Below, piece after piece: positions 63,051-64,000 of a stretch of DNA of 64,000 nucleotides. The translations under genes were made by a program, and so were the position numbers. A model generated the notes under the pieces. It worked only from the letters and a program-made list of their open reading frames with translations. It did no database searches and had not been told where the DNA came from. Origin of the DNA: Podarcis filfolensis. Taxonomy: Eukaryota. The DNA is taken from the NCBI GenBank assembly GCA_964270895.1, contig OZ185446.1; one strand, 5' to 3'. Each line of letters starts with the position of its first letter. The stretch's first letter is position 1.

Positions 63051-63918
63051 TTATTACAGTCAGAGACCAGCTTATAAAACACACTTGGGGGTACAGTCAC
63101 AGAAGCAAAATGAACAATTAAAACAATGTACAACAATAAATTTAAAAACAATGTACAACAATGTACAACAATAAACTACCACAGGGAGCTGACCCAGGGT
63201 CACCCATAGAACCGAGTTTGGGGATTTTCATAATGAACTAGTTTGAGTTGGGAGATGGTCTGCGCCTACAGATCTGTTCACAGAATCTGGCGACCATCCA
63301 GGTCGTCTTCTGATATTTGCCTAACAGGAAAAGGTTGAGTTTTTGCTTTTCCGGGAGATCGGCGAGCCTCACCAGTAGGGGATCAATGGTCTTACTACGA
63401 GCCTCTTCATAAAAGGGACATCTAAAGAACAAGTGCTCTGGGCTTCCTATCTCTCCCAATGAACAGGCGCAAAGTCTCTGAGTGTATGGGACTTTTTAAA
63501 AGGCTCCTTCCAGGACCGGCGAGGGCAGAGCCGAGCTTCTGGTGAGTGTAAAGGCCCTTCTTGCATTTTTAGATACAAGAAAGAAGAGATATGCTGTCGG
63601 TGCAGCTATATATCTCTCAATTTCTCCAATTTTATAGTCGGGGCACCTTGAGCAGTCCCATTGTCTCTCGGTGTCTATGATTCTTTGCCTGACCATAGCT
63701 TTTGCCTGGCCCAACCCCAGACTTAGAAGGGCTTGAGGGGCAAAACCCAGTTTCTGAAGGGTGTTCAGGTCTGCAGTCTGCCAGCTTGACTGGAACTGGT
63801 CGCAGAGGATCAGAGAGGCTATTCCTCAGGGGAGCAGATTCAATGTCAGCCATTTGTTGATTGATGTTAGGCAGATATAAGCCTCCACTCTCATCATCCC
63901 CGTTTCTAGTCTGACACA
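63015..63918 (-). mobile_element. RTE-X-like LINE 3' fragment (subfamily B) with (TATC)n tail
   Basis: Close reverse-complement match to 38010-38545; RLCACSLGEIGSPEHLFFRC C-terminus; (gata)n at 63015-63048. Confidence 0.8.
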
Positions 63919-64000
63919 CCATTTGAATGGCAATGCCCATCAACTTGGGGGTCAGCCCCCTCAAATGTTATATTGGAAATGTCAAAGGGACATTGGCTCC

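Overview
Eukaryotic, repeat-rich genomic DNA from a squamate, most likely a lacertid lizard (inferred from Sauria SINEs, BovB/RTE, CR1, L2 and L1 LINEs, and hAT and Tc1/mariner MITEs). I recognise no host protein-coding gene, tRNA, rRNA or CRISPR array. The window looks intronic or intergenic, with one 149-N assembly gap, and almost all long ORFs are transposon-derived. Highlights: (1) A very young 3.0-kb Ty1/Copia-derived LTR element (42799-45827, minus) with near-identical LTRs, non-canonical TA...AA termini and a degenerate half-tRNA-iMet-type PBS. Its single uninterrupted 672-aa ORF fuses Gag knuckle, protease and the integrase C-terminal half, and lacks RT/RNase H. (2) An 825-bp solo LTR (32758-33582) whose U3 is almost entirely one open frame ending in an Arg-rich, Rev-like motif. 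(3) A full-length, TSD-flanked but disrupted BovB. (4) A second solo LTR, an ORF-less RTE-derived short element in three copies, several RTE-X-like LINE fragments and nested insertions. Family names come from motif recognition only, not database searches, and boundaries without TSDs are approximate.
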